NCBI GenBank assembly: GCA_947501605.1
Contig: CANMWZ010000003.1
Span: forward strand, 64,001 to 128,000
Length of the DNA stretch: 64,000 nucleotides
Direction of reading: 5' to 3'
From: Planctomycetota bacterium
GTDB lineage: Bacteria; Planctomycetota; UBA1135; UBA2386
Position 1 is the stretch's first letter; each line of letters begins with the position of its first letter. Position numbers and translations under genes: made by a program. Positions 54,993-63,278 of the stretch are shown here, one piece after another. A model generated the notes under the pieces. That model was not told where the DNA came from, searched no databases, and saw only the letters and a program-made list of their open reading frames with translations.

Positions 54993-56594
54993 TCAGTTGC
55001 CACCGACCGTCGCGGTCACCACCGCGATGGTCTCGGGAGTCTTGTCGGCTGCGTCGTAGAGCCGAACGAACCGTGCCGCGTGCTCGCCGGTCTCGCCGCG
55101 CAGAGCATCAACCCAGTGCGGAGGCACGGTCTGGTAGTGCAACCAAGCCACGACCTGCAGAGTCCCGTGCGCTGACTCGGGCAAATCGATGCGATAGCCC
55201 ACCGCATCGCCCCCAGCGGTGAAGTCGATATCGCTGCCGATGCCGACGGGGATCGTCGCCTCCGCATGCGGGCCATCGTGGCGATAGCCGCGCGGCAGCA
55301 GCCGTGTGTCCTTCTGCCGCTGCGACATCCTCGCCAGCGAGGTTGTTGGGTTGCCCTCAGGGTCCGCCGCGATCAACTCGTAGACCGGCACGTCCTGTGG
55401 CGACTGCACCAGCGTGACATGCGGCAATCCGTGCTCGTCGGCGATATCTCGCAAGCGCCCGTCGTCGGTGAAGGCGCCACTTTCAAACACCACGGCACCA
55501 GCAGAACGCACCTGCACATGCAGCCAGGCCCGCCGCGATGGATAGCCCGACGGAAACTTGTGTCCGCAGCGATTCTGCACTCGCACCGAAAACGACAGCG
55601 TAGCACCCTCCCGCTGCAGTCCTTCGACCTCGATACTTGCAGTATCCTCGCCCAACTGCCGCTTGGTCGAAGCTGCCGTGCGCTGCAACGCTTCGCTGCT
55701 GGCCTCGACCCCGAGTTCCTCGCGGTTGTCCGCCAACAGCCGCAGCATGAAGGCGTTGCCGCCGACGAACGCATGGGCACGATAGCCGTCGCGCACCGGG
55801 ATCAGGAACTCGCGGCCCATCGGGTTGCGAGCGATGCGCGTGCGACCCGTCTCAGGCATGTGACACTGCTGGCACGTGCGCGAAGTCTCGGTCGCACCGG
55901 TCTCGTCGCTGAACTCACTGTTGCGCCATTCGAAGTAGGGTGTCTGCTCGGGGAACAGGGCACCGTGGTGCGCAGTCGTGAGAGTGTGGCACGTGCCGCA
56001 CAACGCCGACGTGCGCACATGCGACGCCTCCACTGGCGTGTAGCCGACCATGTTGCGCATCGGCGCTTCGACGGGATGCGCGAAGGGTCCGAAGATCTTG
56101 CGCTCCTTTCCGAGCACTGGCTGGCCGGACAACGTCGACTCCGTGCCAAGCCCTTCGCTGGTGATCTGATGGCACACGGTGCACGACACGCCGTCGCTCG
56201 CCAGTTTGTTGCTTTCGAGATCGTGAAGGCGTGGAGCCGGTTGCCCCGCCAACACTCGATCGTGGTGCGCCATGGGCGCGTGGCAGCGCAAACAGAGTTC
56301 CTGCAACTCCTCGCTGCCTCGCGACTCTCGCTCGAGTTGGGCGCGGAAGTACGGATCGCGATAGCTGTTGGCCATCAGCGTCGATTGCCACAGCCCATGC
56401 GGCGAGACGTCGTCACCGGTGCTGGATCGCATCGCACTGGCGGTCGGCGAAACCGAATGGCAAATGCTGCAATCACGCCCCAAGCGGAAGTGCGAATCGC
56501 CGGCTGCTGCGGGACGCTGCGTCAGCAGCGAGCCAGTTAGAAAACCGGCTCCGCACACGAATCGGACGACACGATGGCGCAACGACGGGTTCAC
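54993..56594 (-). CDS. multiheme c-type cytochrome (5 CxxCH) with C-terminal beta domain
   Basis: CSICH, CLRCH, CTVCH, CGTCH and CQQCH; H.F.GGN; GHKFPSG..SRR.WL. Confidence 0.88.
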   Translation of the reverse strand: MNPSLRHRVVRFVCGAGFLTGSLLTQRPAAAGDSHFRLGRDCSICHSVSPTASAMRSSTGDDVSPHGLWQSTLMANSYRDPYFRAQLERESRGSEELQELCLRCHAPMAHHDRVLAGQPAPRLHDLESNKLASDGVSCTVCHQITSEGLGTESTLSGQPVLGKERKIFGPFAHPVEAPMRNMVGYTPVEASHVRTSALCGTCHTLTTAHHGALFPEQTPYFEWRNSEFSDETGATETSRTCQQCHMPETGRTRIARNPMGREFLIPVRDGYRAHAFVGGNAFMLRLLADNREELGVEASSEALQRTAASTKRQLGEDTASIEVEGLQREGATLSFSVRVQNRCGHKFPSGYPSRRAWLHVQVRSAGAVVFESGAFTDDGRLRDIADEHGLPHVTLVQSPQDVPVYELIAADPEGNPTTSLARMSQRQKDTRLLPRGYRHDGPHAEATIPVGIGSDIDFTAGGDAVGYRIDLPESAHGTLQVVAWLHYQTVPPHWVDALRGETGEHAARFVRLYDAADKTPETIAVVTATVGGN

Positions 56595-56810
56595 CTGCAG
56601 GAGCGTAGACGTGAATTCCCCAAGCGCCAGCGGCAGTGGCCGCCCCAAAGGGCCCAGGAATGCGCCGCGAGCTCCGTTCCGAATCTTCGGACGCCGCGGC
56701 GACTTCGTTCCTTGCCCGCGACCGTCGTTGCTCGACCTCGCGCGGCGGAGAGGTCCCAATCCAGTTCTATTGAGCCAGATCCGCCAGTCGGCCCGGCACC
56801 CTGGTAGCCT

Positions 56811-57560
56811 TCAATTGCTCGTCTTCGGCGGAAGGAACTCACCAAGGAACTGCGGCAACATCTTGCGCCACGTCACCCAGTCGTGACGCCACTCTTTGCC
56901 CCACGCGTCGACGCGATTGGGGATGCGCTTCTGGCCGAGGACACGCTCAACGTTCCAGCTCTGGGCCGGATCTTCGAACTCGCCTTGGCCGTGCGCGAGG
57001 AGAACGAACCGCTTGCGTAGCAACTCGAGTTGCGCGCCCTCCAACTGGGGCACGAAATGCAAGGGCGAGCAAGCGTGGTAGTCCGGCGTCGGGCGCCCCT
57101 CGACAAACCGAGTCATGTCGTAGGTGCCGCTCATGCAGATGGCGAGTTGGAAAAGATCCGGGTGACGACAAACCGCCGCCAATGCGTTGAATGCACCGAT
57201 CGAGGCGCCGGCCGCATAGATCTGGGCATTGGGGTCGTTGCAGTCACGGCGGATCGCCGGGACGACTTCGCGGGCAATCGCAGCATCAAAGCGGTTCTGC
57301 ACCGCAGCGGCCTGGTCCAGGGTGTCGCACTCCTGGAGCCACGCTTGGCCGGCGATCGAGTCGATGCAGTAGACCTTGAGTCGCAAGTCCTGGATGTACT
57401 CGCCGATCGCCTCGATCAAATGGAAACGCTCCGGCTCCTCGGCATCGCCGCCTGCCGTGGGGAACAAGAGCAGCGGCTGCCCCATGACGCCGTAACGGAC
57501 GAACGTGATCTCACGGCCACCGAGAGCCGGCGAGCGCCAGCTGATCTTGTGCTTGCTCAT
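56811..57560 (-). CDS. alpha/beta-hydrolase (esterase family)
   Basis: YG..G.P.L.FPT, nucleophile elbow GASIG, SGTYD and HDW..W; ATGA-coupled to the ATP-grasp gene. Confidence 0.88.
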   Translation of the reverse strand: MSKHKISWRSPALGGREITFVRYGVMGQPLLLFPTAGGDAEEPERFHLIEAIGEYIQDLRLKVYCIDSIAGQAWLQECDTLDQAAAVQNRFDAAIAREVVPAIRRDCNDPNAQIYAAGASIGAFNALAAVCRHPDLFQLAICMSGTYDMTRFVEGRPTPDYHACSPLHFVPQLEGAQLELLRKRFVLLAHGQGEFEDPAQSWNVERVLGQKRIPNRVDAWGKEWRHDWVTWRKMLPQFLGEFLPPKTSN

Positions 57561-58801
57561 GCGTACTGCTCCCCGAGTTCCTTCTTGCCGACTTGGACAG
57601 CCTGAAAGAAGCGTTCACTGAACTCGTCGACTTCGTGGGCGGGATAGATGTGCGCGACTTTCTTGCGCACTGCCGAGCGGCAACCGTCGCTGCCAAACCA
57701 CGCCAGTGCGGCATCGGTCAGCGGTCGCAACTGCTTGCTGCAGAACTCGTCAAAGCGCTCCGAGTCGAGCCGCTTCTTGGCGATCGCACCGTAGCGCTTC
57801 AGCTTCTCGGCATAGGGCAGCTTCTGGGCCGCCACTTCCTGGAAGGGCGCGAAGTCCAGCGTCTGCCGCATCGGCCGCTTGGTCGCAGCGCAGTACACGG
57901 CCCAGCGCAGGTTGGCGAACACGTACCACGGCCAGTGGCAGTGGATCGAGTTCACCTGACTGTCGGGGCACGGATTCGCGAAGTCGATCGGGTGGAACGT
58001 ACCCTTGGTGCGAAGCGCCTCGCACGAGTTGAAGTCCCAGCCAAAGAACGCATTGATGAGCAAGCACGTGTCGACCATCACCTGCGCATCGGCGTTGCTG
58101 CAGAAGTCGCGATCGGCCAAGTAGCGACCATGCAGCGGCTGCGACGGGTCGTACTTCATCAAGCGCACCTGCGGGCCGATACCGACCGCGCGCACGAACA
58201 AGTCGTAGCCGGCCACGGACTGCTGCAAGTGCATGAGGTGCTTGTCACTCTGGTCGTAGATCTCGCGCAGCTCAACCTCATCCCTGATCTGACTGACGCC
58301 CTGCCAGCCCCCGCCATCGAATGGCTTCATGAACATCGGGTAGCCGATCTGCGCGCCCTGCTGGCCGAGGTCGAACAACCGAGCGTGGCTCTGCAGCGTG
58401 AACTCGAGGTCCGCCTTCGGCTCATAGTTCTTCTGCGGGACCATCAGCGTTGGCGGGATGGGCATGCCGAGCGCCATCATCGCGCAGTACGTCGAGTGCT
58501 TCTCGTAACTCTGCACGGACCATGGGTTGTTGTAGACGTAGAGCCCGTCCATCAAGACCGACTTCTTGATCCACTCGCGGCGCAGGTTGAACCAGTGCGT
58601 GAGCCGATCCACCACCAGGTCGAACTTGCACGGCGCCTGCAGCGAGAACGGCTCGAGCGTCATGCGCTCGACATGGAAGTTCACGGTGTCGGAGCCGACC
58701 TTCACCTGCAACTTGCTCTTGGCGAGGATCTCCTCGAACGCGAGCGGCCAGCAGATGTCGGCACCGAGCGAGAGACCGATGTTGCGAGTGAGGTTGGCCA
58801 T
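57557..58801 (-). CDS. ATP-grasp (RimK/glutathione synthetase-like) ligase
   Basis: NNP....EK, G..IPPT, YPMFMKPFDGGGW.GV, LQQ.V, NSCE and IDFANP.PD. Confidence 0.85.
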   Translation of the reverse strand: MANLTRNIGLSLGADICWPLAFEEILAKSKLQVKVGSDTVNFHVERMTLEPFSLQAPCKFDLVVDRLTHWFNLRREWIKKSVLMDGLYVYNNPWSVQSYEKHSTYCAMMALGMPIPPTLMVPQKNYEPKADLEFTLQSHARLFDLGQQGAQIGYPMFMKPFDGGGWQGVSQIRDEVELREIYDQSDKHLMHLQQSVAGYDLFVRAVGIGPQVRLMKYDPSQPLHGRYLADRDFCSNADAQVMVDTCLLINAFFGWDFNSCEALRTKGTFHPIDFANPCPDSQVNSIHCHWPWYVFANLRWAVYCAATKRPMRQTLDFAPFQEVAAQKLPYAEKLKRYGAIAKKRLDSERFDEFCSKQLRPLTDAALAWFGSDGCRSAVRKKVAHIYPAHEVDEFSERFFQAVQVGKKELGEQYA

Positions 58802-58892
58802 GCGTCGCGGCAAGAGTCAGGGGCGCGGCACTATGCCAAGAAGGGCGGGCCGAAGGAACAAGGGCGGGCACCCTTCCGAGTTCGCGGCGCCG

Positions 58893-60029
58893 TCACTCGT
58901 AGACCATCCACAGCGGACCCGGGAACAACCAGGTCAATCCGTCTCGAAGCCGGTCGCGCCAGTTCTCCCAGTTGTGGCCGTCGTTCGCTTCCTGGAGCCG
59001 CACCGCCATGCCCGTGTCCTGCAAGGTCGGGACCAGGGAGCGATTGAAGTAGATCAGCGATTCGTAGACGCCGCAGGACAAGAACACCTGCTCCGACGGC
59101 TTACCAGGTGCCCGACGGAACTCGTTGACGAAGGCCACTACGGGATCGAAGACGGGCCCACGTCCGTGATCGCCGATCTCGGTGAACACGAACGAGCCAG
59201 ACTGCAGCAGCAGGCGACCGAAGACACCTGGATTTCGCCATGCACAGTGCAGACTGGCGACGGCGCCGAAGCTCGCGCCGCACAACCCGCGAGCGCCCGC
59301 GTGCTTGACCAGCGGGTACTCGGCTTCGAGTTGCGGCACCAGATCCTCGACCAAGAAGCGAGCGTGTCGATCGTCGGCCGCGTACTCGTGCATGCGATCG
59401 GGAGACTGGATCAGCGCCGCCACGAGCGGCGGCAGTTCGAGACGGTGGATCAGGTTGTCCAGCACATGCTGCAGATCCGCGAAGCCGAGGTAGTCGCGCC
59501 CGTCGTGAACTACGAGGAGCGGATAGCGGCGCGTCCGGCGGAACCGCGCCGGTAGGTAGACCTGGATCGGACGCTTCTCCCCAAAGGCCACACTGTCGAT
59601 CGTGCGCTCCTCGATCGACCCAGGACGCGCGTCCGGATCCTCCGTCGACCACTCCGGTGGACGATAGCCTTCGCCATAGACCACAGAGTTGGCGCCGAAC
59701 GGATCGCGCGCCGATTGCGCATTGAGCGGATCGCGGATCAACGCGCCGCGCCCGTACATCATCACGCCGAGCTTGTACTCCATGCGCGAGCCCGGCGGCA
59801 GGTCGACCTGCAGCACGAACACGCTCGAACCGCGCAAGCGGCGGAACGGCAAGCTCGGCGGCAAACCGTGGATCCAATGCTGCAGCGTCACTTCCTGACC
59901 GTCGCCTTGGTAAAGGAAGGTCACAGTTCGCCCTTCGACGCGCGGAAACGTCGTCTGTGCGACGAGCCGTTCGAGTGCGTGCGGCCCCATCGTCGCCGCC
60001 TGCTCGATCTCCTGAAGGATGCTGCTCAT
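58893..60029 (-). CDS. enterochelin-esterase-like alpha/beta-hydrolase with N-terminal Ig-like domain
   Basis: VTFLY, RMEYK, DPLN, VYLP, HDG.DY, GASFG, QSGSF and GHNW.NW; GGAGGAG SD with ATGA overlap. Confidence 0.88.
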   Translation of the reverse strand: MSSILQEIEQAATMGPHALERLVAQTTFPRVEGRTVTFLYQGDGQEVTLQHWIHGLPPSLPFRRLRGSSVFVLQVDLPPGSRMEYKLGVMMYGRGALIRDPLNAQSARDPFGANSVVYGEGYRPPEWSTEDPDARPGSIEERTIDSVAFGEKRPIQVYLPARFRRTRRYPLLVVHDGRDYLGFADLQHVLDNLIHRLELPPLVAALIQSPDRMHEYAADDRHARFLVEDLVPQLEAEYPLVKHAGARGLCGASFGAVASLHCAWRNPGVFGRLLLQSGSFVFTEIGDHGRGPVFDPVVAFVNEFRRAPGKPSEQVFLSCGVYESLIYFNRSLVPTLQDTGMAVRLQEANDGHNWENWRDRLRDGLTWLFPGPLWMVYE

Positions 60030-60985
60030 CGCGACTCCTCCAGAACTTCGCCGGCGGCATTGAGGCGACGACTGCCTCGATGTGGGTGCCACTCTGCACC
60101 GTTCCAATCGATGCGATCGCCATCGTCGAGCAGAATGCACGCGTCCGGTTGCAGACGACGCGCGAGCAGGCGAAGCGACAGCCGATTGCGCAGATCGAGC
60201 CGCTTCTTGCTGTGCGGCAACGGCACGATGCCTGGCAGAATGCCGAGGCCGTTCTCCATCACCTCGGTGTCAACCACACCCTGGGCGCTGCTGTGCGCCT
60301 GATGGAATAGCACCACGCGTCGCGACAGCACCATCGCGCCGGCAGACCAGGCAACCACCGGGCGATCCCCCCAAAGCGTGAGCAGATCGAACAACTGCAA
60401 ACGGTGCAGCAACACGCCCACATGGCCTCCTGCGATGCAGAGCACCGCCGCCGATGCCAGTTGGTGCTCGAGTTCGCGACGGTGGGCGACAACGGAATCG
60501 CGCTCGCCCGGGTGGAAGCGCTGCTCGAAATCGACATGAACCGCCGCAATCCGATCGACGTGTTCGCGGTCGAGCGCCTGCAACATCGCGATCGCTCCCT
60601 CGGTCTCGGGCTCGACGAGGGACGGGTCCCCGCCATGCTGCAGGAGTGCTGTGGCCGCAGTGACCAGACCCTCGAGCCGCAAGCGGTAAAGCTCTTGCAG
60701 GCGACGCAGGGTGTCGTGGCGAAGGCGCATCGCATCGAGCAACTCCGGATCGGCGGCAAAGATGCGCTCGACGCGCCCCCAGATCTCGAGGTTCAACACC
60801 GACCGCTGCATGTGGTCGCGAAACTCGCCGTCCTCGGATTCGCGCTCTTCCCACCCGGCGGAAACGAAGGCGATTGGCGCGCGTCGTGACGAGGTCAAGC
60901 TCTCGACGGCAGTCCGCACGATCGGAACGTGCCGCTGCGGCCCGAGGACCACGGCGCGGCGGATGGCGGACTTCGGCTGCCTCAT
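60026..60985 (-). CDS. peptidase S51 / class I glutamine amidotransferase-like protein
   Basis: AGWEERE, IAGGHVG, nucleophile WSAGAM, GLG..P and LPH resemble the PepE/cyanophycinase family. Confidence 0.8.
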   Translation of the reverse strand: MRQPKSAIRRAVVLGPQRHVPIVRTAVESLTSSRRAPIAFVSAGWEERESEDGEFRDHMQRSVLNLEIWGRVERIFAADPELLDAMRLRHDTLRRLQELYRLRLEGLVTAATALLQHGGDPSLVEPETEGAIAMLQALDREHVDRIAAVHVDFEQRFHPGERDSVVAHRRELEHQLASAAVLCIAGGHVGVLLHRLQLFDLLTLWGDRPVVAWSAGAMVLSRRVVLFHQAHSSAQGVVDTEVMENGLGILPGIVPLPHSKKRLDLRNRLSLRLLARRLQPDACILLDDGDRIDWNGAEWHPHRGSRRLNAAGEVLEESR

Positions 60986-61054
60986 CAGCAGCGCATCATG
61001 CAGCGCCAGCCCGTCGCGAGGAAGATGGCATCCCGCCACCTTGGCCCAGCAAGG

Positions 61055-61474
61055 TCAACCGCGCTGGGCGATGCGATCCAGCGTGTTTCGGTGGCGCTCG
61101 GCGAAGACCGATTGAAAGTCGAACCCCTCGACGAAATCGAGCCGCGAATCGCACGGACGGCGGCTCAACAGCTCGGCATCGATCAGGTTGAAGACGATCT
61201 CGCCGAAGTCCTCACTGCCGCGGATACCCCACTGTTCGAACACGATCGGGGCCATTGGCCCGAACTGGTCCGAGGCGAAGTCCTGAATGAAGTACAGCAG
61301 CTCACGTCCACCGACATGGCGGTCTTCGCCAGTCAGTTGATCCTTGCCCAGATGCGACATCGTGTAATCGAGTGCATCGAGGACGAAGTAATAGGCATTG
61401 CGCGAGAACCGATGGTCTCGCAGACGCATGTCCTCGATGCGATCCTCGAGGACGTCTTGCTCCGAAACTCCCAT
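61055..61474 (-). CDS. Minf_1886 / PVC-restricted small protein (TIGR04138-like)
   Basis: AY.FV..AL, RHV.GRELL, FGPMA..V...WGI....DFGEIVFNL and D...DF; AGGAG SD. Confidence 0.85.
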   Translation of the reverse strand: MGVSEQDVLEDRIEDMRLRDHRFSRNAYYFVLDALDYTMSHLGKDQLTGEDRHVGGRELLYFIQDFASDQFGPMAPIVFEQWGIRGSEDFGEIVFNLIDAELLSRRPCDSRLDFVEGFDFQSVFAERHRNTLDRIAQRG

Positions 61475-61588
61475 GGCAACGGCTCCTAAGGGCACGGATG
61501 TCAGGCCACTTGGCTCTGCATCTATCGACCGAACAGGAACCGCCCTTGAGTCGCAGTGGACCGACCAAGTCCACCATGACTCCCCCCG

Positions 61589-62659
61589 TCACAAGCCTTG
61601 GGCCGCGTTGCTGACGCGCCGACTCCACTGCAGCAGGAGTCCGGTCAACGCTTGCTCGGGCGGGATCTGCACATCGAGATCCTGCTCCGCGCACAGTGCC
61701 AACGTCAGCAAATCGGTCCATGGTTGCGACTGTGCCGCAGGGTAGGAACCGTCGGCGTCACTCGCAAGAGCACGCAACTGCTGGCTGCCGTAGTCGCGCA
61801 CGGACTTCAAGAAGGCCCGGGCCAGGATCTGGCTAGAACCCGGCCCATCGCCGAGTGCCATGAGCTGCCGGATCGAGTGTGACACCCGCAACGGCTTGCT
61901 GCGATCGCAGACCTCCTGCACCAGATCCTGCACCTGTACCGCCTGTTCGGTGCAGGCCTCCAGCGCGCGGCCGAGACTGCCGCGAGCGCCCAAGATCGCC
62001 TTCGTGAAAAATCGCTCGCGCCCCGGAATTCTGCGAGCCAACTCGCGTGCGAGCACGTCATCGTCGAGACGGCGTAACCCTAGACGTTCACAGCGGGATC
62101 GCACGGTGGGCAGGAGCAACTCCGGCCTGGATGTCGCCAGGAGCAGATAGGTGTCCTGGCCAGGCTCTTCGAGCGTCTTCAACAAGGCGTTCTGGCCCTC
62201 GATGTTGAGCGCAGAAGCCGGATCGAGGAGCACCACTCGCGCGCGCCCCTCGACGGCATGGCGGAGCAACGTGTCGAGCAAGACGCGGACGGCGTCGACC
62301 TTGACCTCGCGCTTGTCGGGCTCGGGCGACAACACATGAAGGTCGGGGTGGGCGCCGCTCTGCACGCGACGGCAGGTGCGACACACACCACACGGCATCT
62401 CGGAGTCCAGATCGGAAGGACACAGCAGCGCAGCAGCAATCCAGCGCGCGACGACACTCTTGCCCGAGCCTTGGGGCCCCGCCACCACCAGCGCATGGTG
62501 CATCCGCAAGCTTCGCGCTTGGCGCGTCACCCGAGCGAGCAGCGCACCTTGCGCTAGCGGCGTCACGAGTCGGGTGTCGACCACCTTCGTCGCCGCCTCG
62601 CCAACGGACTTCTTGGCGCTGGGCTGATTGGACTTGGGCTTCTCCGCGCGCCGGGTCAC
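61589..62659 (-). CDS. holB: DNA polymerase III subunit delta'
   Basis: HA....GPQGSGK, C...CGVCRTC, HPD, QNALLKTLEEP and LLPTVRSRC; GTGA overlap with tmk. Confidence 0.9.
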   Translation of the reverse strand: MTRRAEKPKSNQPSAKKSVGEAATKVVDTRLVTPLAQGALLARVTRQARSLRMHHALVVAGPQGSGKSVVARWIAAALLCPSDLDSEMPCGVCRTCRRVQSGAHPDLHVLSPEPDKREVKVDAVRVLLDTLLRHAVEGRARVVLLDPASALNIEGQNALLKTLEEPGQDTYLLLATSRPELLLPTVRSRCERLGLRRLDDDVLARELARRIPGRERFFTKAILGARGSLGRALEACTEQAVQVQDLVQEVCDRSKPLRVSHSIRQLMALGDGPGSSQILARAFLKSVRDYGSQQLRALASDADGSYPAAQSQPWTDLLTLALCAEQDLDVQIPPEQALTGLLLQWSRRVSNAAQGL

Positions 62660-63270
62660 GACAACCACCGCAGGACACGCTGCTGCAGACACGCCTGCAC
62701 CGCGGCGAAGGGCCAGCGTGCGTCGACCACGACGATGGACGGATCCCGCCTGGCGACTTGCAGGTAGGCGTCGCGCACACGCTGATGGAACGCAGGGCTG
62801 CGAGCTTCGATGCGATCCTGCGCGCGGGCTGCGCGACGACGCAAGGACGTGGCAATGTCGACGTCCAGAACGAACACCGCGTCGGGCAAGTAGGGCCCGT
62901 GCGCACGGCGCGTGAGATCGACCACTAGATCGAAGTCAACGGGTGGCTCGGCAGCCAGGCATTGGTACGCCAGCGTCGACGCGTAGCAGCGCTCGGCGAC
63001 GAGGTCCTCACCGCGCTCCAGGGACGGCCGAATGACGCGCGCGACGAGTTCGGCCCGCGCCGCCGTGAACAGCAGGACTTCGGTCAGTGGGAGCAGGTCG
63101 CCGGTGGCAGGCGACAGCAGCGTCTGCCGCAGACCTTCGCCGACCGGAGTCGAGCCAGGTTCGCGCAAGTGCTGCACCGTCCGACCACGGGCGCGCAAGA
63201 ACTCCACCAGCGCCCGCGCTTGCGTGCTCTTGCCGCCGCCATCGGGTCCGTCGAGCACGAAGTACGCCAT
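62656..63270 (-). CDS. tmk: thymidylate kinase
   Basis: DGPDGGGKSTQ, REPG, LLF.AARA, ER...ST.AYQ, PD and RIE. Confidence 0.95.
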   Translation of the reverse strand: MAYFVLDGPDGGGKSTQARALVEFLRARGRTVQHLREPGSTPVGEGLRQTLLSPATGDLLPLTEVLLFTAARAELVARVIRPSLERGEDLVAERCYASTLAYQCLAAEPPVDFDLVVDLTRRAHGPYLPDAVFVLDVDIATSLRRRAARAQDRIEARSPAFHQRVRDAYLQVARRDPSIVVVDARWPFAAVQACLQQRVLRWLS

Positions 63271-63278
63271 CTCGGTTC

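Noticed and set aside
58820..58840. Sigma-54 promoter-like TGGCAT upstream of the ATP-grasp gene
   Set aside because: The GG to GC spacing is one base short of the strict -24/-12 requirement, and there is no TTGC.
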